A stretch of DNA of 64,000 bases from Octopus vulgaris (Eukaryota): the NCBI GenBank assembly GCA_951406725.2, contig OX597814.1:159960001-160024000 (forward strand), written 5' to 3'. This document shows positions 40,307 to 54,299 of the stretch, in pieces. Positions within the stretch are counted from its first letter, which is position 1. The number at the start of each line of letters is the position of its first letter. A program made the translations under genes and the position numbers. Below the pieces are notes generated by a model. It saw only the letters and a program-made list of their open reading frames with translations. It did not search any database and was not told where the DNA came from.

Positions 40307-40377
<71 letters not shown>

Positions 40378-40484
40378 TTATTGGTTGAACGATATTTCAG
40401 GAGTAAGTCTGTCTTTATCAAGTTCAATTATGTTAAGAGATATTTGGTTGTCCTTTCAAGCAGGTCGATCGGTCAATAACACAG

Positions 40485-40699
40485 ACGTAGCCGTGGTTGT
40501 GTGGTAAGACGTTTGCTTCTTAACCGCATCATTCCGAGTCCTGTCCTTCTGCATGCACCTTGGATAAGTGTCCTCTACTATAGCGCCAGACCGACCAAGG
40601 CTTAGAGCAGATTTTATTGACGGAAACTGAAAAAAGTTCGTCGTATACATACATACATACATACATACATACATACATACATACATACATACACATACA

Positions 40700-40737
<38 letters not shown>

Positions 40738-40960
40738 CATGTGTTTCTCTTTGTGTTTGTGTTCGTCACACACCATCATTTGACAACTAGTGTTAGTTTG
40801 TTTATGTACCCGCAACTTAGCGGTTCGGTAAAAGTAGCCGATAGGATAAGTACCAGGCTTAAAAATAGGTAGTGGGGTCGATCCGTTCGACTGAACCATT
40901 CAAGGCGGTGCCCCAGCATGGCCGGAGTCTACTGACTGAAGCACGTAACAGATAAAAAAT
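40485..40960 (+). mobile_element. SINE family A copy
   Basis: Family A pattern with (TACA)n(TG)n centre. Confidence 0.8.
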
Positions 40961-41092
40961 AAACGCATACTGACGAAACTTGTGTTGCTATAACCGCAAC
41001 TGGAAATCAGAGAGAATAACCAAAAAAATCACTTGTCATGCAGCTACTCAAAAACACACAACAATAACGAATCAACTTGGGAGTCTGTATAT

Positions 41093-41377
41093 CAGTGGTT
41101 CTCGTCTGGAGTCTATATGACCTCTGGGGTCCACGCAAATGAAATTGTAAATTGTGGAGTCACAGCAGTATTTATGTGTCCATGAAAGAATTTTGCTTCA
41201 GATGTAATTATTGCAAACAGCTAAGTGTCTTTCTCCAACGTTTACATTGTGCAATTTACACAGGAATTTTGAAAGAAGTTTGGTGATTACTATAGCAGAA
41301 TAGTAATCAAAAGGGTGCAAAGATAAAAAACAAAACAAAGGAACCGAAAACAAAGCAAAAATGGTTGAGAACTACTG
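41093..41377. mobile_element. hAT-type MITE
   Basis: CAGTGGTTCTC / GAGAACTACTG TIRs; similar to 25583-25912; TSD not conserved. Confidence 0.6.
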
Positions 41378-42153
41378 CTCTTTTTAAACAGTTGTCAAAC
41401 AGAGACTCTCAAAGCTATTATATGCAGCTTTCGAGATATTAGTTTTCAGCAGCATTATTTTAACCTAAAGCTGTCTTAACGTCCTACTTGCAGGATTTTG
41501 AAGTATTGACTGTAAAATGAAGGCTTAATGAGGGTTTTCAACGAGCTGTGATTACTCAATATATTCAGTAAGTAAAAGTGTGTCTTAGTAGCTGTATATT
41601 TTCTTATTTACAAATATAATTTTTGAAATATGTTACGTCTCTTGAACGAAAAAGATATCATATGTTGCCTTTTTATCAAACTCTTTGGCTACTTTTGCTC
41701 TCGATAGATAAATTGATTGCTTGACATGCTAGAAATAGCAACCAAATCTAACCCTTCACCCGCAGACTTTGCTAAACTCGAATTGTCACTCTGAACAAGA
41801 TACGTCTACTACATGTTTACTCTATTACAACAGCATTCTAAAACCCTTTATGGCAAAGCTGTAGCTTGTACTCCCGGTAGACATGTCTCACCTTTAATAT
41901 ACAAGAACAGATGAAGGGAACTAGAGACGGAAGTTAAGAGAAACAGAAGGGATATGATACCCCTGTAAATGACATTGGAAGGAATTTATACTTTTGTAGG
42001 TGGTAAACCATAAAAGCAAGAACATAGTGCATTATTTGTTAATCCGAATGTCAAATGCTTGCAACAAATGGTTATGTTAAAATACTTAATATTGCACGAA
42101 TAGTTGCAGTAATTTTGTTGTGTCTGGAGAGAGTCATTATGTCGATAAAATGA

Positions 42154-42752
42154 GGGCGGCGAGCTGGCAGAATCGTTAGCACGCCGGGCGAAATGCTTAG
42201 CGGTATTTCGTCTGCCGTTACGTTCTGAGTTCAAATTCCACCGAGGTCGACTTTGCCATCCATCCTTTCGGGGTCGGTTAAATAAGTACCAGTTACGCAC
42301 TGGGGTCGATATAATCGACTTAATCCGTTTGTCTGTCCTTGTTTGTTCTCTCTGTGTGTAGCCCCTTGTGGGTAGTAAAGAAATAGGTATTTCGTCTGCC
42401 GCTACGTTCTGAGTTCAAATTCCGCCGCAGTCGACTTTGCCTTTCATCCTTTCGGGTTCGATTAAATAAGTACCAGTTACGCACTAGGGTCAATATAATC
42501 GACTTAATCCGTTTGTTTGTCCTTGTTTTTCTCCCGTGTTTAGCCTATTTTGGGTAGAGAAGAAATAGGTATTTCGTCTGTCTCTACGCTCTGAGTTCAA
42601 ATTCCGCCGAGGTCGACTTTGCCTTTCATCCTTTCGGGGTCAATTAAATAAGTACCGTTTACGCACTGGCGTCGATGTAATCGAATTAATCCCTTTGTCT
42701 GTCCTTGTTTGTTCCCTCTGTGTTTAACCACTTGTGGGCAATAAAGAAATAG
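42154..42752 (+). mobile_element. SINE family B head plus three tandem ~182-bp body units
   Basis: One head (ggcggcgagctggcagaatcgttagc), then gtatttcgtctg...aaagaaatag three times. Confidence 0.9.
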
Positions 42753-45672
42753 ATATAATGACTTTCCCTTGACACAACAAAATTTGTTTCAACACACGAA
42801 TTCACACGAAGAATATTGCAAACCAGATAAAAAAAATGTAATTGTTCTTCGGGAAAACCAAGAAAGAACCATATGAACTTAAACGTTGACATTTGAGAAA
42901 AAAGTAAATAAACATTGTTGCAAACTTAAACATGTCAAAGGCCTAAGTTCTAGAAGTCTATTTTTAATTTTAGTAAATGATTTTAGACATCAGATATAGA
43001 TAGACTATTGATTAATCAGATATAGATAAACTATTGATTAAATTAGAGGAAGAACAAAGCAGGAAAAGAAACCGATAAACTGCCTAGAGCTAGTATTTGA
43101 GATGCTTGAAAAGAGGAAAGAATTCAGGATAAAAATTAAGTTAGATGTGAATGGTTGTTTAGGAAAAGGAATGACTCAAGTTAGATGATAAATGAAGAAA
43201 AACAATGAAAACAGACGTGAGGAGATACCAAAGACTGAGCTATGTAAAAGTCAAGCAATGTGGAGAAAAGTGCTGTCGGGAGCTGTCCAAATATATTAAA
43301 CTTCTTTCTTCTCATTGTTAACTATTTCTCTCAACAAGACATCTTTTGATACGAGATAGAAATTTACTAATAAATTACTAGAATATATATGGTATATACA
43401 TACATACAATATATGTATGTATATATGTGTGTGTATGTATATATAGACACACACATACGGATATAGATAGATAGATAAATAGATAGATGGATGGATAGAT
43501 AGATATACACATACATACATATGTACATACATGCGCCCACACACACACACACACACATACACACAATATACACACTGAAGTAAGTTTGTCTAATTAGTCA
43601 GTTTTTTTTTCTGTATTTAAAGGTAGTAAATTAGCCAAATTCTACTTAAATAAGTATAATGTTATTTGAAAAGTATAATAAAATATCTTTTTAATATTCA
43701 AATTTTAATTTTAGCTGCAAGATTTTAAGTAAAAAGTTTATTATTCTTTACTTTGCTAGAATAGCTTTTCCTATACTTTTACAGGTGTAATAACTTGTCT
43801 TGTACTTTTCCAGGTTTATAATCTTAAGAATATGACTTTTCATGCTCGCATTTCCCCATGTAATCCATGATTATTCCAGGCATTGCTGTTATAAGATAAT
43901 TAATAATGTGTCAATTAATAATTTAAGATTTTACTTTATAAAATACTGAAAGATAAGATTTTAATTTTTCCATGTAAGTGATGATAATATTTCAATATTT
44001 TTCGTGTTTAATTTAAATATATGTTGTGATTGAATTATTTGATATTACCCATCCACACCAAATTAATGGCAGGGATTTTTACCATGTTGTTGGTTGCACC
44101 ATGTCTCACCAAAAGTTACAAACAACAAGACCCCAAAACCATCAGTTACCAGGCTCGACTTAAGTAACCTAATTTTGCAATATTAGGAGGTCACAGGAAT
44201 TCATTCAACGAAAAAAAAAAAGATTCCAATGATTCCGGGATTGGTGAGGGAATCCTACCACCTCATTTTTTCTGAACCAAAATAAGGGATTTGCAGCTTA
44301 TTAGGAAGTCAGGGTACTTGATTCCACGCAAAAAAATCAATTTTCTTTACTTAGTGGAAATCGTGCAGGTATCAGTATAGAAATTGACCATAATGTTGTT
44401 GTTATTTAGCCTCAAATAAACCCTGATACTGCAAACGTATCATCAAAGACATTCCGGCCTTCAGCAAACCGTCTTTTTAGGGATAATCTACATACAATGG
44501 GCGTGTGATCTAGGTAGGGGGATACTTTGGCTGCTATTTTTAGCGTGTCGAGCGACCAGGTAGAGGCTCTTTTATTGGTTCGATTGCGTGATGAGATGTT
44601 TTTTACACATTATATATGTATATATATATATATATCATCGGCAGAAGTTAGAGCGTAAGTCAAAAACTGAGAATTTCGTGTATTGGCACTTATCAAATAC
44701 GAATTTGTCCATTGTCACTCTGTAACTTGTGCCAAAATAACTTCTAAAATACAAAATTTTGTCAAAAGCGTTAAGAGTAAACTCTATTCTATGTGACACA
44801 TTCTACCAGTATCGGAAATTTGAAAGTGTTTAGTTAAAAAAAATTAATTAAATAATCTGTACGTCTAATTGAATAGATCCGAAATGGATGAAAGGCAAAG
44901 TTGACATCGGCGCAATTTGAAGTCTGAAAGTAAAGACAGACGAAATACCACTTCTAGAATACAAAATGTTGTCAAAAACGTTAACAATAAACCCTGTTCT
45001 ATGTAACATATTCTACCAGGATCGGAAGGTTGAAAGTGTTCAGTTAAAAAAATTAAAATAATCTGTACGTCAAAGCCAACCTCAGCAAAATTTTAAAGCC
45101 AGAAACATAAAGACAGACGAAATACCTTTAAGCAGTTCATCCGACGCGATTAACGTTTCTGCCAGCTTGCCGCCTTAGAAAGTAAACATTGGTTTTAGAA
45201 ATATATTCTTTATTCTTATAGTTGAAGCGTCACTCCCTTACTCTCTTACTGACATGAAATTTCGTAACATTTTACCTCATAACTCTTCTTCTACTAAATT
45301 TCGTTCAATGCGATTAGTGATTCTGAATTCCTCCTCATGCATTTTTCTGTCATTTAAGCATAAGAAAAGTATACTTTTAATTTAAAATTTATAAAGTTTA
45401 TGTTAATTGAAGGTGAATGGGTGCCTTACTGCCCCCCCCCTCCTTGAGGTCGCAGATATTTTGATGTAACATTTTTCCTTCTGAACCAAATCTCAAACTA
45501 TTTATGCCAATGTATAGCTGAGGAGGTGTCCTCTTTAAAACTGTTAACAGTTTCCAATTTAGTTGAAAACTGAATGTGTGGGGAAGCTTGGAAGTTGCTG
45601 CGATTGACGAAATGGTGAACTTGAGAATACATTCAACCACTACCTTGGTTGAATGATATATCTCTATATATA

Positions 45673-45943
45673 TGGCATTCTTTCGATATAACTCGACAAA
45701 ATCAAAACATTTCACTTTGGGTATTTCCGTGGAAGCAAATGACACTTCGATTCTGTTTTCTGCTTGGAAATTTGCGGATTTTACATACACACATGAAACA
45801 GGTAAGAACAAATATGTAAGGCTCTTTTTCTTCAATCTTAAAATGAGACATTGCTGGCATAATTTCGTTATATCTATGCTCCGCAAACCACGGAAATACC
45901 CGAAGCGAAATGTTTTGATTTTGTCGAGTTATATCGAAGGAAT

Positions 45944-45947
<4 letters not shown>
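45673..45947. mobile_element. MITE with ~60-bp TIRs in a TA tract
   Basis: tggcattctttcgatataactcgacaaaatcaaaacatttc...gggtatttccgtgg is the reverse complement of 45888-45947. Confidence 0.8.
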
Positions 45948-46011
<64 letters not shown>

Positions 46012-46238
46012 TATGTGTACAACAGAATTGGGGAGTTGTGACATCCATGCTGGTTTTAATGGCATTGATGCATGCAGTAAAAGAAGTTTTGCGAAGAATA
46101 TCGTTCCAATTCTCAAATGTAAATCAAAACAGGATCACTTATCTTTAAAGCATTTTCCAATAAAATAACAGCAATAACAGCAACAACATTGATAAATCAC
46201 CATCATCATCGTCACAATAGTAATAATGATTATTATTG

Positions 46239-46327
<89 letters not shown>

Positions 46328-46398
46328 TGCCACAAGAGTGTGACGGATGAGGAGATACTGCAAATAATAATAATAATAATAATAACAATAATAATAAC

Positions 46399-46455
<57 letters not shown>

Positions 46456-46901
46456 TGTCCATTTAAAAAAAAAAAGATGTCGACAGTGGTAATAAACTGC
46501 GGTAAAGTGTGGTGGCTGGGAGAAAAGGGTTTTATTGATGATGATTATTACGGCGACTGGGGAAAGTCTTTTAAATATAATTGGTTTTCATTATACTTAA
46601 TTTGACACATCAGAACTGTTTCTTTTGTTGGCAATGGAATCGGTTAGACTGAAGAGATTTCGCATCGCCTGCAGCTCTACACACAACATTTACGCACAAA
46701 ACATACGTTTTTCTGACCCTTTTTTTTTCCCGCCCCCACCACCCGACCAAAATTCTTTTCTGAGCCTTCTCTTCTAGTTTTCCCCTGCCCTACAATCCTT
46801 TTCAATTTCCCCTTCACTCGTCGCTAAAACTCCCTCTCATCTTTGTTCACCCGTTTCTTTCCCCGCTCGCTCTTTATTTTATCCACCCATCTCTCTTTCC
46901 C

Positions 46902-46952
<51 letters not shown>

Positions 46953-47916
46953 GTCCCATCTCCATCTTTGTGCGGCTCTCTCTCTCTCCTTTCTCTTCGT
47001 TCTCTCCCAGTATTTTTTTCTTTTTCTCCCGGTTTCTCTTTGTACGGTTCTCTTGTTATTATCGACATAAATTCTATGTAAGTAACTCCTCCTCTTGTCA
47101 CCCTTTTCTCTCTTTCTCTCTGTTCTTATCTGTTTCTTTCACACCAAATAAATACACGCGTGCATACATATATAAATATGCATGTATGCACACGCATGCA
47201 AACGTGCATACACAAATGCATACACACAAGCGTTGATACACACACATATGTGTACAAATATATGACTACACGTACATGTGTACATACATGCACACATACG
47301 TAGTAATCTACACACACATATACATGCACATTCGCACACACACACACACACACACATATACACATATATTTATATACATAAATTCGCAAACATTCGTACA
47401 TACACATTCGAACCTGCCTATATACACGCTCAAACATACATACATACATACATACATACATACATACATACATACATACACACAAATACTAATATAGATA
47501 CATACAAACAAATACAAACATAGATACATTTACACATACATACACACACAAAAGCATACATACATGCATGCATACATACACACATACATACATACATACA
47601 TACATACATACATACATTCATACATACATATTTACGCGCGCGCGCGCACACACACACAGGCAGACACACATACAAAAGCATATCCACACATACATACACA
47701 TGAAAATACACGTACACGCCCACATATAAATACATACATGCACACATACACTATCCCCTCCTCCTTCTCTCTCTCTCTCTCCCTCTCTCTTTCTGTTAAT
47801 ACTATTATCTTCATTATTTCTTCTTCATTAACCTTGCATTATAATTGTCTATATTATTTTCTTTTTAAGCATTTCCATTCTATTTATTTTCTATATTTTC
47901 CTTGGAAAAAGCATAT

Positions 47917-48088
47917 AGGCGCAGCAGTGGCTGTATGGTTAGTAGCTTGCTTACCAACCACATGGTCCCGGGTTCAGTCCCACTGCGTGGCACCTTGGAC
48001 AAGTGCCTTCTACTATATCCTCGGGCCGACCAAAGCCTTGTGAGTGGATTTGGTAGACGGAAACTGGAAGAAGCTCGTCGTATATATG

Positions 48089-48159
<71 letters not shown>

Positions 48160-48340
48160 TTGAGTCTGCTTGATAACCGATGGTAGTGTGTTTACGCCCC
48201 CGTAACTTAGCGGTTCGGCAAAAGAGACCGATAGCACAAGTACTAGGCTTACGAAGAATAAGTCCTGGGGTCGATTTGCTCGACTATAAAGGCGGTGCCC
48301 CAGCATGGCCGCAGTCAAATGACTGAAACAAGTAAAAGAG
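47917..48340 (+). mobile_element. SINE family A, CpG-intact copy
   Basis: Complete head, CORE-like block, microsatellite and tail ...gcagtcaaatgactgaaacaagtaaaag. Confidence 0.9.
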
Positions 48341-48524
48341 AGTAAGTAAAAAAGAGAGTACCGCCACGGCATCTTTCTCTCCGCCCCCACCCCCACCCGT
48401 GACTGTCAAATATCAAAATATTGAGCCTACTGAAATGAACTAAATTTAATTATTGCTCTTTGATTAAACACAAATCCATTGTTTAGTCTTATTTCTCAAT
48501 TGTTTACACTTAATTCTCTATTAG

Positions 48525-48855
48525 TGTAGGTGCGTGGTTAGTGGTTAGGTTTATTTGGTTCACGGCCGTAAGGTCGTGTGTTCGATACCTGTCGGTGCGT
48601 TGTGTCCTTGACCAAGATGCTTTATTTCACGTTGCTCCAGTTCACTCAGCTGGCAAAAAAAAAAAATGAGAAGTACCTGTAATTCAATGGGCCAGCCTTG
48701 TCACATTCTGTGTCATGCTAACTCTCCCTGAAAACTACGCTAAAGGTACGTGTGTCTATGGAATACTCAGCCACTTACACGTTAATTTCACGAACAGGTT
48801 GTTCCGTTGATCGGATCAACTGGAACCCTCGTCGTCGTAACCGTAGGAGTGTCAC
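48525..48855 (+). mobile_element. Third tRNA-derived SINE type
   Basis: gtggttagtggttag ... gttcgatacc head, then gtccttgaccaag...ttgctccagttcactcagctg; related to 14765-14920 and 63920-64000 (-). Confidence 0.65.
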
Positions 48856-49326
48856 TATTACTCCTGATCATACTGACGTGTAATCACAAGCTTTCCAACT
48901 GTGACCATCATGTCTTTGATATTCAAATATAGTGGGTCAGGGAATACATAATTCAATGCAAATCACATGTTAAATCTTATCCTTTCTTTTAGACAGTACG
49001 GTTGTGACTCGATGGAAATTTCGCTCTTGTTTCTAACAGGTCGAACGACTACATAGAGACTGCCTCGATGTGCACGTCTATGGTCTTGTAGGAAAGGAGA
49101 ATCAGATAATTTTAATAGATACCAATATATTATTGGTATTTAAGGCAGAATCATTAGCACACCCGGCAAAATGCTTAACAGCATTTCATCCGTCTTTACG
49201 TCGACTTTACCTTTCATTCTTTCGGGGTCGATAAAATAAGTACCAGTTTAACACTGGGGTCGATGTAATCGACTTACCTCCTACCCCGTTCATGCTGGCC
49301 TTGTGTCAAAATTCGAAACCAATATA

Positions 49327-49722
49327 TCTTTATATATAAAAGTGAGGTTGTGTGCTGTCTGTCTCCTACGATTTAGATTCCTAACTACTCCCACATTTTG
49401 CGGTGCAGTTTAACCAAAACTGGGTATCTTATAGTCGTGATTCATATCGAGCCCTTCTGGTTATTAGCGCGCGTCTACGATGAGTCTACGATTAAAAAAA
49501 AAATTTACCATCAATTTTTCCCATTTTTAATGCATTTTTGGCATATATAAGGGAAGTAACTCTCTAAAAATTTATTATTAAATCTCAGAACGTAAAAAGC
49601 TACAGTAACACCCCACCTATGTGGTTAGCCATATTGAGATGGCTATTATACTTTACATCTCTAAAAATGCTTATATAGTTATTTCCCTTACAAACCCGAG
49701 CAACGCCGGGCGATACTGCTAG
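49327..49722 (+). mobile_element. Intact-looking non-autonomous Helitron
   Basis: A|TC 5' end, subterminal hairpin cccgagcaacgccggg (49695-49710), CTAG|T 3' end, no TSD. Confidence 0.8.
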
Positions 49723-50034
49723 TTACTGATATTTGTATTATTGATTCCTGAGGATAGAAGGACAGATTCGCGGAATTTGATGCCATTTGCATTAAGATCA
49801 CGGCTAAAATGGTTTTGGTTATACATCTGCACCACTGAGATTGACACCAATAATTATAGCTATAGCAACAACAGTAACGACTACAGCAATATCAGCTGCA
49901 ACTGCAGGAGCGAACACGATCAAGAAGTCACGAAACAAACATCTAATCCAGTCACCATTCATTTATTTGTTAAAATAGCTTTTTGCTTTTACATTGGCTC
50001 GAGTACACTAACCTTAAGAGAAAACAATATTATA

Positions 50035-50497
50035 AGGCAGCGAGCTGGCAGAAACGTTAGCACGCCGGGCGAAATGCTTAGCGGTATATCGTCTGCCGCT
50101 ACGTTCTGAGTTCAAATTCCGTCGAGGTCAACTTTATCTTTCAATCTTTCGGACTCGTTTAAATAAGTACCAGTTACGCACTGGGGTCGATGTAATCGAC
50201 TTAATCCGTTTGTCTGTCCTTGTTTGTCCTCTTTGTGTTTAGCCCCTTGTGGGTAGTAAAGAAATAGGTATTTCGCCTGTCTGTTATTTAAAGGCGGCGA
50301 GGTGGCAGAAACGTTAGCACGCCGGGCGAAATGCTTAGCGGTATTTCGTCTGCCGTTATGTTCTGAGTTCAAATTCCGCCGAAGTCGACTTTGCCTTTTA
50401 TCCTTTCGGGGCCGATAAATTAAGTACCAGTTACGCACTGGGGTCGATGTAAACGACTTAATCCCTTTGTCTGTCCCTTGTGGGCAATAAAGAAATA
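50035..50497 (+). mobile_element. Two tandem SINE family B copies
   Basis: Heads at 50035 and 50292; bodies near-identical to 42154. Confidence 0.9.
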
Positions 50498-50847
50498 CGA
50501 AAACAATATTATTGTTTCAGTCATTGGACTGCGGCCATGCTGGGGTACTCCGTTGAAGGGTTTTAGTCGAAGTGACCGATCCCAATATTTATTATTTTCT
50601 TTTAAAGTCTTATAGTTATTCTATCGGTCTCTTTGCCAAACAGCCAGGTTATGGGGGCGTATACAAACCAACACTGGTTGTCAAGCAGTTGTGGGGGACA
50701 AATACAAGCAAAACGAGCGCACACGCACAAACACACTATTTTTTAACTAGAATATTGCTGACAGTGACTTCGAAGTTTCAGCCCGTTATGATGATGACAT
50801 AGTAAGCTGAAATTTCAAAATCACTGCCAACACTATTCTTGTTAAAG

Positions 50848-50880
<33 letters not shown>

Positions 50881-50920
50881 CGCTTCAAAATATATATATA
50901 TATATATATATATACGCTTC

Positions 50921-50957
<37 letters not shown>

Positions 50958-51024
50958 CGCTTCAAAAAATTTTGAGTTATCCTTCAGTTCAATGTAAAAT
51001 TGTTTTTATTATAACATATGTGAC

Positions 51025-51222
51025 CGCGTGTGTATCGTTGGCGATTTTCTTTCTCCGTCTTCTCTTCCTTGGACCTTTCCTTTTTCTATGTTTCTGACAA
51101 AGAGCTCCGCTCGAAACGTTAAATCCTCCTTCTTTCTTTCCTTTCCTGAGCGTCCAATAACACTATACTTGTTCCACGTCCTCGCGTTGTTGTGTTTTCT
51201 CTTTGTTCATGTTTGGATTAAC
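51025..51222 (+). mobile_element. Penelope-like terminal repeat fragment with hammerhead-like core
   Basis: ctgacaaagagctccgctcgaaacgtta at ~51094-51121, within TA tracts. Confidence 0.55.
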
Positions 51223-51336
51223 TATATATATATATATATATATTTGAGTAATTGAATGAATTATGCAGCCTTCGAAACATATGTCGAGAATAAAGGATAT
51301 TTGTTAACTAGTCGTTCAACTCCATTCTTTCATATA

Positions 51337-51455
<119 letters not shown>

Positions 51456-51560
51456 TAATTAATCAATATAGGGTGGCAAAAAAATTTTGTAGAATTTTTT
51501 TGCCACCAGCGGCCTAGTGGGAAAAAAATTAAATAGTCATAGACCATTTATAAGTTCAAC

Positions 51561-51713
51561 ATCACAATCAAGGAACGGCCATAATAGGCCATTCACCCAC
51601 TAGAAATAACAGCCAAAGCTTCAACCGCAAAATAACATTAATGTTATTTTGCGGTTGAAGCTTTGGCTGTTATTTCTAGTGGGTGAATGGCCTATTATGG
51701 CCGTTCCTTGATT

Positions 51714-51718
<5 letters not shown>
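51561..51718. repeat. Perfect 158-bp spacerless palindrome
   Basis: 79-bp arms are exact reverse complements, centre aataacatt|aatgttatt (51639/51640). Confidence 0.95.
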
Positions 51719-51774
<56 letters not shown>

Positions 51775-51871
51775 GACAGGATTCCACGCTGTTTCCGTCC
51801 ACCAGTATCCCTTATTTGTCGGCCAATGGTCGGCTAGTTATTAACAACAAAGAGACGAGAGAGAGAAGGGG

Positions 51872-51930
<59 letters not shown>

Positions 51931-52188
51931 CTGATCAAACAAGATTTGAACTTACATTAGAAGAATACAGCTCACATCCATGGTCGCTCGCCCTGCTAGT
52001 AACAACAGTCAAATATCTCTCAAACTATGCAATACACTCTTAAAACAAACAATAAAAAAATAGGACACTTTGAAAAATGTGGACCGGCATACATTATGTC
52101 TGGATAAAATGACAGGATGGTCATAATCGGAATGCCTTTGATCATAGGTCTGCTTGATCAGGGATGATGTGGGACAACGACGACGACG

Positions 52189-52220
<32 letters not shown>

Positions 52221-52550
52221 AACAACAGCAGGAACAACAACAACTCTTAATCCCAGCGCCCGTTCAAAGATGATCGATATTTATGACCGTTGAAAAATAA
52301 ATGATTAGAGGAATAAACCTCTTGGAGATGTTAATACTGGAAGAATTGTCATCGATTAGAGAAGATCGATCAATTTTCCCATGAAGTGATCACCACCAAT
52401 TACGGTATTAAAGAAAAATAGGAGAATTAATGATTTTTCTCTTGCTTTTATTTATTTATTTATTTATTTGCCTTTTATGGTAAATCAATAAAATGAAATT
52501 AAACTGAAATCTTGATGAGTAAGTATTAATAACAGAACACAGAACTGGAA

Positions 52551-52621
<71 letters not shown>

Positions 52622-52825
52622 GTGTGTTTTATAGGTTGGTCATTTAAAACTGATGCAAATATCTTTTCAGATGAGATTGTAAAAGTATACAGAGTAGCGT
52701 GTGTAGCAGAATATTTCAATACACACTCCTCACACACACACACATACACACATACACACACACACACATGCACACACACACACACGCACGCATACATTCA
52801 TATACAGACATTATAATATATAATA

Positions 52826-54110
52826 CTAGCAGTATAACCCGGTCTTGCCCGGGATTAAGTTACGATTATTAAGCTAACCAAGTTCTTTATTTCAAACCAA
52901 ACTAAGTAATATCGACGTCAAATTTGGGCAAAATCCGTTGAAATTGGTTATATTATATATATATTATATATATTATATATATATATAATATAGTGTAATA
53001 TAATACAATATAATATAATATAATATAATATAAATATATGTGGGCAACAGACACGAACACACATGTACGTACGTACACCTATTGCATCTTTTGTGCATGC
53101 ATACATGTTCATAAACAGAAACGAATGGGAAAATGTTGTTAAATTTGTAGATTAACACTCGCACGATTTTCACTAAGAAAAATAATGGGGTTTTTTTTTG
53201 CGTGGAATCAACTACTCTGGCCTCCTAATATGCTACAAAACCCTTTTTGTGGTCCGTGAAACGGAGTGGGTGTGGTGGAAGCCTCGGAAATTGTACCCAT
53301 TTATATTGTGCAATTCACTGACAAATTGCTACTCACCTCTTTGTTTCTTTGTTGTTAAATAAATGGATTGTCAACAAAACACTTTTTACTCGGCGTAAAA
53401 TCAAAACAAAACTCTTTCGCACCCAAAGTAATGTGTGTGAGAGAGAGAGGGGGAGAAAGATGAACGATTTAAAATAAATAAATGATTTAAAATAAATATA
53501 TTGTAATTGTTGTGTGAGAAAGTATATATACTATGATTATAAAATATAGTGTCTTTCCAAAACATCCTGAATTTGAACACTATATCTCGTGTTTAAGAAA
53601 AGACAAAACATTTTACATTTTATATTTTATGAACGTCGTCACTTACTCTCTCTCTCCCTCTCTCACTTTGTCTTTCCCGTGAAACTCTCTGCTTCTCTTC
53701 CACTTTTATTTATCTTGTTTTTTTTTTGTTAGACGCCGTCAGAAAGCTATGGCTGAAAATAGATTTTTATGAACGTCGTCACTTACTCTCTCTCCCTCTC
53801 TCACTTTGTCTTTCCCGTGAAACTCTCTGCCTCTCTTCTTCCAATTTTCTTTACCTTTTTTTATTTTTTGCTAGACGCCGTCAAAAAGCTATGGCTGAAA
53901 ATAGATTTTTACCGCTAAAAGTTATGGCTGAAAATAGATTTTTACCGCTATCCGCGGGTGCCTCGGGTAAAAAAATAAGGTGAGAAAACCCAGATAGGAT
54001 GTTGACGAATGTCCTCCTAAAATTTGAGCGACATGCGTGCTAATTTGTGGATGTGCATAAACTACAATCACGTACACACACACACACATCTTGCCGTATA
54101 TATATACAGA
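52826..54110 (-). mobile_element. Non-autonomous Helitron-like element with internal duplication
   Basis: 3' end CTAG at 52826 with hairpin cccggtcttgcccggg; 5' TCTGTATATATATACGGCAAG at 54110 matches 11653; ~140-bp duplication at 53626-53910. Confidence 0.6.
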
Positions 54111-54299
54111 TATATATAAATATATATGTATTCCCAACTACATGGTTCTGGGTTCAGTACTATTGCGTGACACCTTGGGCAAGTGTCTTCTTCTATAGAC
54201 TCGGGCCGACCAAAGACTTGTGAATATATCTGGTTGACGTAAACCGTAAGAAGCCCGTCTTATATATGTATATATATAATTATAATATATTCTGTTAAG

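Noticed and set aside
41986-42300. Recurrent MRNWYLFNRPRKD ORFs (also 35974, 50112, 56869)
   Set aside because: Antisense translation of SINE family B, not a gene family.
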